DNA from: an uncultured Candidatus Saccharibacteria bacterium
GTDB taxonomy: Bacteria > Patescibacteriota > Minisyncoccia > Phycocordibacterales > JACOZG01
DNA length: 64,000 nt
NCBI GenBank assembly: GCA_964651115.1
Contig: CAZYXJ010000001.1
Coordinates: 42,273 to 106,272 of the forward strand
Direction: 5' to 3'
In this document: positions 10,168-19,095 of the stretch, in pieces
Position numbering within the stretch: position 1 is the stretch's first letter
How the letters are laid out: each line of letters opens with the position of its first letter
Notes under the pieces: model-generated
The model's database searches: none
Seen by the model: only the letters and a program-made list of their open reading frames with translations
Told to the model about the DNA's origin: nothing
Translations under genes and position numbers: made by a program

Positions 10168-10274
10168 AATTTTCACTATACGGTATTGTTGCCAATTTAA
10201 CAAATTGCTGTTATGGTTAAGTCGGCGTTTTTTTTGATTAACCAAACAGTCCTTTTGGCGTAAAGGAGACGACG

Positions 10275-10901
10275 ATGGGCCTGACGAAGCTATTGTACAG
10301 CGGCGAGGATGTGGTCATTCCGATCTTTGATCAATGGCTGCGGCGATACTTGGGCGTTAATTTGTCCCCAAGCGAGTGGCAAAATCGCTATTTGGAACTG
10401 TCCGCGGCTCGAAAAATCAAGTTCGGGTACGTCGCGCTTTCCTTGGCGGTATTGTTGGTCGGTTTGTGTTGGGTGAGATTCGGCAATTCACCAATGCCCT
10501 GGTTGTGGGCAGAGCTGATGCTGATCGTGATCCCGGTGTACGGCCGCTTGACTTGCGGCAAGCTCTTTTGGGCCGAGCGGCGGTTTTTGGCCGATTACTG
10601 CCAGCTCACAGAACTTCTCCCGGGCAAGATGTTCTGTTGTCTTGAGGTGGATGAGGTTCGGCAGCCGGCTGAGAAAGAACTTCGAGAGCGTCTGTTTCGT
10701 TGTCAATCTGCCTTACAAAAAGATCCTGCCCTTAAGAAGGTGGAAACGATTCGTCTGTGCTATGACTATGGCAGAAAAGTGGAGGTCTTAAAACGGTTCG
10801 GTTTTTGGAATGCTTTTGGCGGTGACAAGGAGTCCGCCTTACCCGTGATCGCTCCCATTCCGATCACCGGCGTTCAGACGGTTCCTATTCCTGAGGGATG
10901 A
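10275..10901 (+). CDS. Orphan membrane protein (2 TM)
   Basis: SD AAAGGAG, promoter TTGCCA-17-TATGGT (10189-10217) and its own terminator. Confidence 0.65.
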   Translation: MGLTKLLYSGEDVVIPIFDQWLRRYLGVNLSPSEWQNRYLELSAARKIKFGYVALSLAVLLVGLCWVRFGNSPMPWLWAELMLIVIPVYGRLTCGKLFWAERRFLADYCQLTELLPGKMFCCLEVDEVRQPAEKELRERLFRCQSALQKDPALKKVETIRLCYDYGRKVEVLKRFGFWNAFGGDKESALPVIAPIPITGVQTVPIPEG

Positions 10902-10907
10902 GTTCTT

Positions 10908-10939
10908 GCCCCCGCACGAGAAAAGTGCGGGGGCGTTTT
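10908..10939 (+). terminator. Intrinsic terminator
   Basis: GCCCCCGCAC-7nt-GTGCGGGGGC 10-bp stem followed by GTTTT. Confidence 0.75.
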
Positions 10940-10971
10940 GCGTCTGGCCAAAACGTGTTAGCGTGAGCATG

Positions 10972-12009
10972 ATGGCGCAAAAGAAAAAGGTATTTGTGGG
11001 CATGTCGGGCGGCGTTGATTCCTCCGTCGCGGTCGCGCTGTTGCTCCGCGGGGGTTACGACGTCGTGGGCGTTTTCATTCAGGCCTGGGAGATTCCTGGC
11101 CAGCCGTGCACTTGGCGTGCCGAGCGACGTGACGCGATGCGCGTCGCCGCTAGGTTGGGTATCCCACTTTTAACCCTCGACCTGTCTCAAGAATATAAGC
11201 AAGAGGTGATTGATTATCTGATTGCGGAATATGCCGCCGGTCGGACGCCTAATCCGGACGTGATGTGCAATCAGCAAATTAAATTTGGTCACTTTTATCG
11301 TTGGGCCCGTGCTTCGGGCGCGGACTTTGTCGCGACGGGTCACTATGCTCAGGTGCGCGCGGGGCAATTGTTCGCGGCGGTTGATCCGGCCAAGGATCAG
11401 TCATATTTTTTGTGGACGCTCTCGTCTCTCGAATTGGCTCACACGCTTTTTCCATTAGGTGGTTATAAAAAAGATCAGGTGCGCCACTTGGCTCGGCGTT
11501 ATGGCCTCCCGACCGCGGCCAAAAAAGACAGCCAAGGTTTGTGCTTTTTGGGTCCAGTAGACATGGAGTCTTTTTTGCGGGAATTTATTTTGCTCGCGCC
11601 GGGACCGATCGTGACGGAGGCGGGTGAGACGATTGGCCAACATGAGGGACTCCATTTGTTTACGCTGGGCCAGCGACATGGTTTTGCTACTACCGTGACT
11701 GGGCCGTGGTATGTGGTGGCGAAAAATTTTTCTACTAACACTTTGATCGTTTCAAAAACTATTGAGACCTCTACGGCACGGCGGATTAAGTTTCCACTTT
11801 CGCAAACAGTGTGGCGCCAGGCGCCGATTGGCCAGCTTGCTTGCCAAATTCGTTATCACGGCGAAATGATCCCTTGCCAAATTGAGGACGAGAAAATGGC
11901 CGTCTTAGCTGAGCCCCAACTCGTAGCGCCCGGACAGTCACTCGTGGTTTACCGGGGTGACAACTGCCTCGGCGGCGGCATAGTTGACGACGTCTCAGCG
12001 CGGGCGTAG
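10972..12009 (+). CDS. mnmA: tRNA 2-thiouridine(34) synthase MnmA
   Basis: SGGVDS, TPNPDVMCN, ATGHYA, KDQSYFL, DSQGLCF; start at ATG 10969 or 10972. Confidence 0.97.
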   Translation: MAQKKKVFVGMSGGVDSSVAVALLLRGGYDVVGVFIQAWEIPGQPCTWRAERRDAMRVAARLGIPLLTLDLSQEYKQEVIDYLIAEYAAGRTPNPDVMCNQQIKFGHFYRWARASGADFVATGHYAQVRAGQLFAAVDPAKDQSYFLWTLSSLELAHTLFPLGGYKKDQVRHLARRYGLPTAAKKDSQGLCFLGPVDMESFLREFILLAPGPIVTEAGETIGQHEGLHLFTLGQRHGFATTVTGPWYVVAKNFSTNTLIVSKTIETSTARRIKFPLSQTVWRQAPIGQLACQIRYHGEMIPCQIEDEKMAVLAEPQLVAPGQSLVVYRGDNCLGGGIVDDVSARA

Positions 12010-12066
12010 GGTGAAAGTGGCGTAAAAGTAGCAACAGAACCTTGGAATAAAATTGGAGGTGTCAAA

Positions 12067-12846
12067 ATGGGTGGCAAAAAGTCGCCTGGTTCAGATGGTT
12101 CAAGTCTGTGGTGGAGAATGTTTACCGCTAGATCTAGAAATTCATTGGAGGACATCGCTGAGGAATATTGGGCTCCGGGCGAAACGGAAGTCGACGAACT
12201 GGAAATTGAGGAAAAATTCTCATTCACTCCCACTTCAGATGAGATTAAGGAATCTGATGAGGATAAGACTTGGAGTCGGGTCTTATCCAGGGCTGTTTAC
12301 ACTATCGGTTCCAGAATTCCTTTGGAGTTTGCCGCGAAACTTCGCCACTTTGTGGGCATCGATGATTACTTGATTATCAGGGATTGCCACGGTGAAGAAA
12401 CTTCTTTTCGGCTTAGAGGCGGAGCTGCCCGTCCGCCTCAGTTTACGATGAAGGTTCCATTGCCGGGAGAATCCAATCAAGTCAGGGAAGAACAGAATCT
12501 TGACTTTGAGTCTGATCCCAAATCTGCTTCCGTTGTGCGGGCGATTTTGAGACGTTTGTCTCGTCACGACAAGGACAATCAACCGATTATTTTCAGTGTT
12601 CGTCAGGAGGGGTCAATTTGGATTTTTCGGGACGTCAGCCGGGGAGTGAGTGTCGAGGTCACGGTTTACCGGATTGATCGTTTTTATCCCACGATCAAGA
12701 CGGGGGTATACGGGGAGGTAGAAATCATTGGAGCAACCTCGATTGGGGACGGCAAGGAGGCTCTGGGCCATTACACCCAGTTTCTAGACTTGGTGGGTAA
12801 AGAATGTTCGCAGAGCATCGCCGAACTTTTCCGTCCCAGTTCCTAG
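12067..12846 (+). CDS. Divergent CYTH (triphosphate tunnel metalloenzyme)-like protein
   Basis: ELEIEEKF (ExExK), FRLR, TMK, REEQ and GVYGEVE occur in CYTH order; SD GGAGG. Confidence 0.55.
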   Translation: MGGKKSPGSDGSSLWWRMFTARSRNSLEDIAEEYWAPGETEVDELEIEEKFSFTPTSDEIKESDEDKTWSRVLSRAVYTIGSRIPLEFAAKLRHFVGIDDYLIIRDCHGEETSFRLRGGAARPPQFTMKVPLPGESNQVREEQNLDFESDPKSASVVRAILRRLSRHDKDNQPIIFSVRQEGSIWIFRDVSRGVSVEVTVYRIDRFYPTIKTGVYGEVEIIGATSIGDGKEALGHYTQFLDLVGKECSQSIAELFRPSS

Positions 12847-12875
12847 TTGACCAGTCCAGTTGCTCGTGCTATTGT
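12847..12875 (+). promoter_or_regulatory. Sigma-70 promoter for an ORF-less short transcript
   Basis: TTGACC-17 bp-TATTGT with an extended -10 TG. Confidence 0.6.
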
Positions 12876-12878
12876 TTA

Positions 12879-12957
12879 GCCAAGGATGGTTCGTGGTCAA
12901 GGATGACTGGACCACACCATTTTACGGCCCTTGCATCCGCGCTTGGGCCGTTTTTTT
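12879..12957 (+). ncRNA. Candidate small structured RNA or attenuator upstream of alaS
   Basis: Lies between the promoter and the ACGGCCC/GGGCCGT terminator with its T-tract; two CAAGGATG motifs in mini-hairpins. Confidence 0.45.
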
Positions 12958-12986
12958 ATTTTCAAAATCTGTTAGAATCGTCGCAT

Positions 12987-14807
12987 ATGCAATCTAATGA
13001 AATTCGTTCCCGTTTTCTCAAATTTTTTGAGCGTCGCGGTCACGCGATTATCCCTTCAGCTTCGCTAGTGCCCGAGAACGATGCTTCGGTGCTGTTTAAT
13101 ACCGCGGGCATGCAACCGCTGGTGCCTTATCTCTTGGGGCAACCTCATCCGGCGGGCCAACGGATTGCCAACGTGCAGAAGTGCGTCCGTACCGGTGATA
13201 TTGACGACATCGGCGACAATCGCCACCTCTCATTTTTTGAGATGCTCGGCAATTGGTCGCTGGGCGATTATTTTAAAGACGAATCAATTCGTTGGAGTTT
13301 CGAATTTCTTACTTCGCGCGAGGAGGGTTTGGGTCTGGATCCGCGACGATTGTACATTACGGTCTTTCGTGGTGAGCAGGGGATTCCGCGCGATAATGAG
13401 GCCATTGCGATTTGGCAGGATGTTTTTAAGTCAGTTGGGATCACGGCCGCGGTGGCCGGGGACGACGAGATGCTCGGCGGTGACGTGCGCATCGTGCCGC
13501 TGGGTGTGGACGATAACTTTTGGATTGCCGGTGCGACCGGCCCTTGTGGCGGTGATACCGAAATTTTTTATGATACGCGGCCGGAAGCTGGTCCGCTCAC
13601 TGGCCGCTTTACCGATCAAGTCAACGGCTTTCGCTTGATTGAGATCTGGAATAACGTGTTTATGGAGTTTAATAAAACCGCGACTGGCACTTACGAGCCG
13701 CTAGCCAGCAAGAACGTCGACACCGGCATGGGACTAGAACGGACGACCGCAGTGATTAATGGCGCCGCTACCGTGTTCGAGACCGATTGCTTTGCGCTGA
13801 TTTTGGAGGCCATCGCGGCGCGGGCCGAGACGCGTGACGAGCGGGCCGAGCGGATTATCGCCGACCACGTTCGGACGGCGGTGTTTATGATTGCGGACGG
13901 CGTCACGCCAGCCAACACTGATCGCGGTTACGTTTTGCGTCGACTTATTCGTCGCGCCGTGCGCTACGCCGCGACGCTGGCTTTGCCGGCCGATTTTTTG
14001 GCGGATTTGAGTCGGGTGGTGATCAAACAATATGCCGCCCCTTATCCGGAAGTGGCTTTGCGCGCCGAGACGATTGCGGCCGAAATTAGCGCTGAGGAAA
14101 AGCGTTTTCGCGAAACGCTGGCCCGCGGTTTGCGTGAGTTTGAGAAGGTGGCAACGCGCGGCGGGACCGAAATTTCTGGCGCCGAAGTTTTTGACCTTTA
14201 CCAGACTCACGGCTTTCCGCTGGAAGTCACTCGAGAAATCGCCCGCGAGCGGGGGATCGCTTTAGACGAGGACGGTTTTCAAGCTGAGTTGGCCAAGCAT
14301 CAAGATTTGTCCCGTGCCGGCGCCGAGCAAAAGTTCAAGGGTGGCTTGGCTAGCGCGGGCATGATGGAAACTAAGTATCACACCGCTACCCACCTTTTGC
14401 ATCAGGCTTTGCGTCAGGTTTTGGGTAGTCATGTTGAGCAAAAGGGGAGCAACATTACCGTCGAGCGTTTGCGCTTTGACTTTGCTCACTCGGGCAAGTT
14501 AACGGAGGAGGAGAAGGCCCAAGTCGAGTCGTTAGTTAACGAGCAGATTGCGGCTAATCGTCCGGTCCAGCAGGTAGTTTTGCCGCGCGCCGAAGCTGAG
14601 GCCACGGGTGCGCTCCATTTTTTCGCCGACAAATATGGCGACACGGTTTCGGTTTATTTTGTGGGCGACGATTTGACTACCGCGTATTCGAAAGAATTTT
14701 GTGGCGGCCCTCACGTCGCGCGTACCAGCGAGTTGGGCAAATTTAAAATTGTTAAAGAAGAAGCTGTCGCCGCGGGCGTTCGCCGAATCAAAGCAGTGTT
14801 GGTATAA
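12987..14807 (+). CDS. alaS: Alanine--tRNA ligase (short form without C-Ala domain)
   Basis: FNTAGMQP, FFEMLGNWS, VDTGMGLER, HTATH and EFCGGPH; start ATG 12987 gives 606 aa. Confidence 0.97.
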   Translation: MQSNEIRSRFLKFFERRGHAIIPSASLVPENDASVLFNTAGMQPLVPYLLGQPHPAGQRIANVQKCVRTGDIDDIGDNRHLSFFEMLGNWSLGDYFKDESIRWSFEFLTSREEGLGLDPRRLYITVFRGEQGIPRDNEAIAIWQDVFKSVGITAAVAGDDEMLGGDVRIVPLGVDDNFWIAGATGPCGGDTEIFYDTRPEAGPLTGRFTDQVNGFRLIEIWNNVFMEFNKTATGTYEPLASKNVDTGMGLERTTAVINGAATVFETDCFALILEAIAARAETRDERAERIIADHVRTAVFMIADGVTPANTDRGYVLRRLIRRAVRYAATLALPADFLADLSRVVIKQYAAPYPEVALRAETIAAEISAEEKRFRETLARGLREFEKVATRGGTEISGAEVFDLYQTHGFPLEVTREIARERGIALDEDGFQAELAKHQDLSRAGAEQKFKGGLASAGMMETKYHTATHLLHQALRQVLGSHVEQKGSNITVERLRFDFAHSGKLTEEEKAQVESLVNEQIAANRPVQQVVLPRAEAEATGALHFFADKYGDTVSVYFVGDDLTTAYSKEFCGGPHVARTSELGKFKIVKEEAVAAGVRRIKAVLV

Positions 14808-14816
14808 TAGTTTTTA

Positions 14817-15923
14817 ATGTCGCGACTCGCGATTATTGATTTGGGTACGACGTCGGTCGGGCTGGCCTTGGTCCAGCGTCCCGGCGGAAAAATTATTTTT
14901 TCTGATCGCGTCGAAGCACCTTTCGCCGCGGATGGAGTTGATCCCGCGCGTTTTATGACGGCGATCATGACGGCACTAAAAGAGGTGCTTAATCGCAGTC
15001 TTAAATCTGCTCCCGGCGCCCCCGAGGAAGTGGTTTGTTTTTTGTCTGGGCCATTTTACGCCTCGGCCACGCGGATTATTAAAAAGTCTGACCCTAAAAA
15101 GTTAATGATTACACCCGAGACGATTAATTCTTGGGTGGAGGAGGGGGCGCCAAATCTGCCAGCTAATCATGAGTGGCTAGAGGACGCGGTGTTAGAATTG
15201 TTGGCCAATGGTTATCCGATCGCTCGTCCCAGTCGTCAGGTGGCGGAGGAGATTGAGCTTTATCATTTTACTTCTTACGCACCGCAAGAGATTTTGGCGC
15301 AGCTCCGCCAGGTCATCGGAGGCGCTTTCCATCACGAAAAAATTTCTTTTCATAGTTTTGTGTACGCGCTGTATCGCTCGTTGGCCCAATGTGTCGCCAA
15401 CGAACGCAATTTGCTTTTGCTTGATTTAGGCGGGGAGTTAGCGGAGTTGTCGTTGGTCTGGCACGGCGTCCTCCGGGAGACGGTCTCTTTCCCCGAAGGT
15501 CGTAATTGGCTGATTCGTCAGGTGGCGGCGGCTAACCACACGACCCCAGCCGAAGCTTATTCCGCCCTCAAATTGTTGGCCAGCAATGAGCGCCAACCAG
15601 GCGACGAGCGACTGGTCCAAGCACTGGCCGCGGCTAAAGAAGAGTGGACCACTAAGTTCAAGCAGGCCCTTGATCAAGTTTTGCAGTCTTGTTTTATTCC
15701 GGAACGAATCCTCTCCTTTGGCGATCCAGCTTTGGTGCCGATTTATCAAAATTGGCTTGAGGGCTTGGAGCATCTAGCGCCGACCTTGGGTAATCGTCAC
15801 TTTAAGAGTGCTCATTTGACCGAGGCGGCCCTAGATAAGTTTTGTGATCAGGCCGCGACGGTGCGCCGAGACTTTTCCCTCATGGTAGAAGCCGTGTTTT
15901 GTGATACACTAAAAACGAACTAA
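14817..15923 (+). CDS. FtsA/PilM-like actin-fold protein (divergent)
   Basis: IIDLGTTSV and LLLDLGGE phosphate-loop motifs of the ASKHA fold; SFPEGRN. Confidence 0.6.
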   Translation: MSRLAIIDLGTTSVGLALVQRPGGKIIFSDRVEAPFAADGVDPARFMTAIMTALKEVLNRSLKSAPGAPEEVVCFLSGPFYASATRIIKKSDPKKLMITPETINSWVEEGAPNLPANHEWLEDAVLELLANGYPIARPSRQVAEEIELYHFTSYAPQEILAQLRQVIGGAFHHEKISFHSFVYALYRSLAQCVANERNLLLLDLGGELAELSLVWHGVLRETVSFPEGRNWLIRQVAAANHTTPAEAYSALKLLASNERQPGDERLVQALAAAKEEWTTKFKQALDQVLQSCFIPERILSFGDPALVPIYQNWLEGLEHLAPTLGNRHFKSAHLTEAALDKFCDQAATVRRDFSLMVEAVFCDTLKTN

Positions 15924-15939
15924 TCGCACATCAATCATT

Positions 15940-17193
15940 ATGTTTCAAGATATTCGTCGACCTAAAAAAAGTTTGCGCGAAATTTTGCCCGGTCGGGCCT
16001 CGGTGGCCGAAGTAGAACCAAGTTACGAGGAAGCAGCGCCGACCGTTGATCAGTACGTGAGTCGCCCTGTTCGCCAGCCCCGTTCGCGGGGCTGGGGTTT
16101 GGTGGTGGTGGCTTTGTTGATTGTGGGTTTGGGTTACTGGGTCTCGCGACAGGTAGCGACGGCCACGGTGACGATTACGCCCAAACAAACCATAATAAAT
16201 TTGGCTGACGCCTCGCTCTCTCTGCCTTATGAGGTGGCCACTCTTGACCCGATTAGCGCCGCTCGACCGGTTACCGCGACTGAGGCTCGCCCGGTAGAGC
16301 GTAAAGCCACTGGTAAAATTGTTATTTATAACGCTTTTTCGTCCGCCCCTGAGCGTTTGGTGGCTAATACTCGATTTATGGCGGCCAGTGGTAAGATCTA
16401 CCGGATTAGCGGTGCCGTCACTGTGCCCGGTCTTAAGGGCGATGTGCCTGGTTCGATTGAGGCGACGGTGACAGCGGATGCCCCCGGGGAGAGTTATAAC
16501 GCGCCGTTGACCGATTTCACCATCCCGGGTTTTAAGGGTACACCCCGAGAAAAGAAGCTTTACGCTCGCTCTCAAACACCCATAACTGGTGGTTTTGCTG
16601 GGACGGAGCGAGTCGTCCCCGAGGCCGAGAAAACGGCCTTGGTTACCGAGCTTAAGTCGGAGATTATTGCTCGCGCCAAACAACAGGCCGAGTTCCAAAT
16701 TCCCAAAGATTACGTCTTGTTGCCTGATGGCCTGGAGATGACCTGGACGGAACGGGTTGAGGGCGCTTCGACGGTGGCCAGTTCCAGTTTGGTTGTTGAG
16801 GGGACACCGCAGGTGTTGCTGGCGAAGCGCTCAGTCTTGGATGAGAAAATCGTGGCCGCCGGCAACCTCGATCCGAGTGATCATTTGTCGATTTCTAATC
16901 TGGAAAATCTCGAGTTAAACTTCACTAACGTGGCGGCTTTAGCGGCGGCGACTACTCCGGGCAGTCGAGTGGCCAATGTCTCAGCTCGCGGTCAACTTAA
17001 GGCCCAAATGCCCCTTGATCCTGAGGAGTTGGCTAACAAATTAGCTGGTCAATCTAAGGCCGAAGCGAACGTGGTTTTCCAACAATTCCCGGGAATCGCC
17101 TCGGCGGTTCCGAGCTTCCATCCTCCCTGGATTAGGAGCTTCCCCAACGACCCCAGTCGAATCAAAATTAACCTGGTCAGCGAGACTAATTAA
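15940..17193 (+). CDS. Membrane-anchored baseplate-J/gp47-like protein
   Basis: Single TM, then KATGKIVIYN, LVANTRF, VTADAPGESYN and ITGG motifs. Confidence 0.6.
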   Translation: MFQDIRRPKKSLREILPGRASVAEVEPSYEEAAPTVDQYVSRPVRQPRSRGWGLVVVALLIVGLGYWVSRQVATATVTITPKQTIINLADASLSLPYEVATLDPISAARPVTATEARPVERKATGKIVIYNAFSSAPERLVANTRFMAASGKIYRISGAVTVPGLKGDVPGSIEATVTADAPGESYNAPLTDFTIPGFKGTPREKKLYARSQTPITGGFAGTERVVPEAEKTALVTELKSEIIARAKQQAEFQIPKDYVLLPDGLEMTWTERVEGASTVASSSLVVEGTPQVLLAKRSVLDEKIVAAGNLDPSDHLSISNLENLELNFTNVAALAAATTPGSRVANVSARGQLKAQMPLDPEELANKLAGQSKAEANVVFQQFPGIASAVPSFHPPWIRSFPNDPSRIKINLVSETN

Positions 17194-17202
17194 CAACCCT
17201 TC

Positions 17203-17232
17203 TTGACTCTTATTGGCTCAATCTGTTAGGAT
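17203..17232 (+). promoter_or_regulatory. Promoter of the infA-alpha operon
   Basis: TTGACT-18 bp-TAGGAT with extended TG. Confidence 0.55.
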
Positions 17233-17250
17233 TAGCCCCGTAACTCATAA

Positions 17251-17490
17251 ATGGATAACGGTAGTGGAAAAAGCCAATCATCCGAGAGGCAAGGAGACGT
17301 TGCCTCCGGAATTGTAGTGGAAGCACTACCGAATACCTTGTTCCGGGTAGAACTGGAAGGGGGGACCATTATTTTGGCCTACCTTTCGGGAAAGATGAGG
17401 TTACATCGAATTCGCGTTCTTGTCGGCGACCGGGTTGACGTTCTGCTTGACCCTTACGGCGGCAAGGGCCGAATTATCAAGCGTCTCTAA
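17251..17490 (+). CDS. infA: Translation initiation factor IF-1
   Basis: [22 protein letters not shown]. Confidence 0.97.
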   Translation: MDNGSGKSQSSERQGDVASGIVVEALPNTLFRVELEGGTIILAYLSGKMRLHRIRVLVGDRVDVLLDPYGGKGRIIKRL

Positions 17491-17498
17491 AAAACTTT

Positions 17499-17615
17499 AT
17501 GCACGTACGAGCTTCAATTAAAAAGCGTTGCGCCGGCTGCAAAATGGTTCGTCGCCGAGGGCATCTCTATATTATTTGCAAAACTAAACCTAAGCACAAA
17601 CAAAAGCAGGCCTAA
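17499..17615 (+). CDS. rpmJ: 50S ribosomal protein L36 (absent from the ORF track)
   Basis: [38 protein letters not shown] with CxxC..C..H zinc ribbon, in the canonical position. Confidence 0.96.
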   Translation: MHVRASIKKRCAGCKMVRRRGHLYIICKTKPKHKQKQA

Positions 17616-17620
17616 TTTTT

Positions 17621-18001
17621 ATGCGTATCGCCGGTATTACCATTCCCGATAACAAGCGGTTAGAAGTAGCTCTCACTACGATTTATGGCATTGGCCGCAA
17701 TCGCAGTCGCCGCATTTTGACTGAAGCTGGCGTTAGTTTTGATACGCGCGCTAAAGAATTAAATGCTGATCACGAAAACAACCTTCGTCGTCTGATCGAA
17801 AGTTATACGATTGAGGGTGTTTTGCGTCGCGAAGTCGGAGGCAACATTAAGCGCTTGATGGATATTAAGAGTTATCGAGGGGTACGGCACATGCGTCGTT
17901 TGCCGGCTCGTGGTCAGCGGACCAAAACTAATTCGCGAACCCGTCGAGGCAACGTCCGCAAGACGATGACTTCGGGTCGTAAGAAGCTAGAAAAGAAATA
18001 A
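17621..18001 (+). CDS. rpsM: 30S ribosomal protein S13
   Basis: [24 protein letters not shown]. Confidence 0.98.
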   Translation: MRIAGITIPDNKRLEVALTTIYGIGRNRSRRILTEAGVSFDTRAKELNADHENNLRRLIESYTIEGVLRREVGGNIKRLMDIKSYRGVRHMRRLPARGQRTKTNSRTRRGNVRKTMTSGRKKLEKK

Positions 18002-18004
18002 TTT

Positions 18005-18439
18005 ATGGGCAAGAAACGAATCATTACCGAGAGTGGAGTGGATACTCAGGCGTTGGCAGAAAAATCAGCCCAGGCAGTTTCTTCGAAGAAGAAATTGGTG
18101 GAAGGAGTGGTGGCCATTTCCGCGACTTACAACAACACGATGTTGGTGCTAACTGATCGAGCGGGCAATGCCGTTTTGTGGTCATCGAGCGGCGCTCTCG
18201 GCTTTAAGGGCGCGAAGAAGGGGACGCCTTTTGCCGCCGGCAAGGTGGCCGAGGTTCTGGCGGAAAAAGCTCAAACCTTGGGTCTGAAGGAGGTTGACGT
18301 GGTCGTTAAGGGAGTTGGGGCTGGTCGAGAATCAGCCATCCGCGCCCTGGCCGGTAAGGGTTTGGTAATTAATTCGATTAAGGACGCCACGCCGGTTCCG
18401 TTTAATGGACCTAAGCCGCGCAAGCCTCGCCGCGTCTAA
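18005..18439 (+). CDS. rpsK: 30S ribosomal protein S11
   Basis: ATYNNT, GFKGAKKGTPFAA, GRESAIRAL. Confidence 0.98.
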   Translation: MGKKRIITESGVDTQALAEKSAQAVSSKKKLVEGVVAISATYNNTMLVLTDRAGNAVLWSSSGALGFKGAKKGTPFAAGKVAEVLAEKAQTLGLKEVDVVVKGVGAGRESAIRALAGKGLVINSIKDATPVPFNGPKPRKPRRV

Positions 18440-18456
18440 ATTATTTTTTTTTCATT

Positions 18457-19074
18457 ATGAAGATTGGACCAAAATTTAAAATCGCTCGACGCCTTGGGGC
18501 CCGCATTTTTCCTAAGACGCAAACGACCAAATTTACGACCTCAACGGGTGGTACTAGCCGCGGTGGTGGTCGCGGTCGACCTCGCGCCCTCTCTGATTAC
18601 GGCGCTCAATTGATCGAAAAGCAGAAGGCTCGTTACACTTATGGTCTCAAAGAACATCAGTTTGCTAGCTACGTGAAAAAAGCTCGCGCCGCCGCTGGTC
18701 AGAGTCCGGTGGCCGCTCTCTACAGCACGCTCGAACGCCGTCTCGATAACGTGGTCTTCCGCCTGGGATTGGCGCCATCTCGCGCCTTTGCCCGACAGAT
18801 GGTGACTCACGGCCACGTAGTGGTTAATGGTCGCCGCGTTAACGTCCCTTCTTACCAGGTAAAGGTGGGAGATAAGGTGGGCGTGCGAGAGCAGAGCAAG
18901 GGTTTGGGATTGTTTAAGTCTTACGAAGAGCGGACCAAGGATTATCGCGTGCCAACTTGGCTCTCGTTTGACCCAGCGGCCAAGGCGGGAGTTCTGGCGG
19001 CCGAACCACTGAAGCAAGATGCGGATGTGGATATCAATTTTAGTTCCATTTTAGAGTTTTATAGCCGCGTTTAA
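18457..19074 (+). CDS. rpsD: 30S ribosomal protein S4
   Basis: SDYGAQLIEKQK, LERRLDNVVFR, ARQMVTHGH, EFYSR. Confidence 0.98.
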   Translation: MKIGPKFKIARRLGARIFPKTQTTKFTTSTGGTSRGGGRGRPRALSDYGAQLIEKQKARYTYGLKEHQFASYVKKARAAAGQSPVAALYSTLERRLDNVVFRLGLAPSRAFARQMVTHGHVVVNGRRVNVPSYQVKVGDKVGVREQSKGLGLFKSYEERTKDYRVPTWLSFDPAAKAGVLAAEPLKQDADVDINFSSILEFYSRV

Positions 19075-19095
19075 TAACTAATTTTTTATACGCGT

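Noticed and set aside
12879-12957. T-box riboswitch for alaS
   Set aside because: Far too short, with no Stem I/specifier loop and no GGTGGNACCGCG consensus; kept only as an unclassified RNA.
15931-16698. 255-aa antisense ORF
   Set aside because: Shadow of the baseplate-J-like gene, with no motifs.
15940-17193. Prophage or contractile injection system
   Set aside because: No capsid, terminase, sheath, tube or integrase genes; the gene is TM-anchored and sits among core genes.
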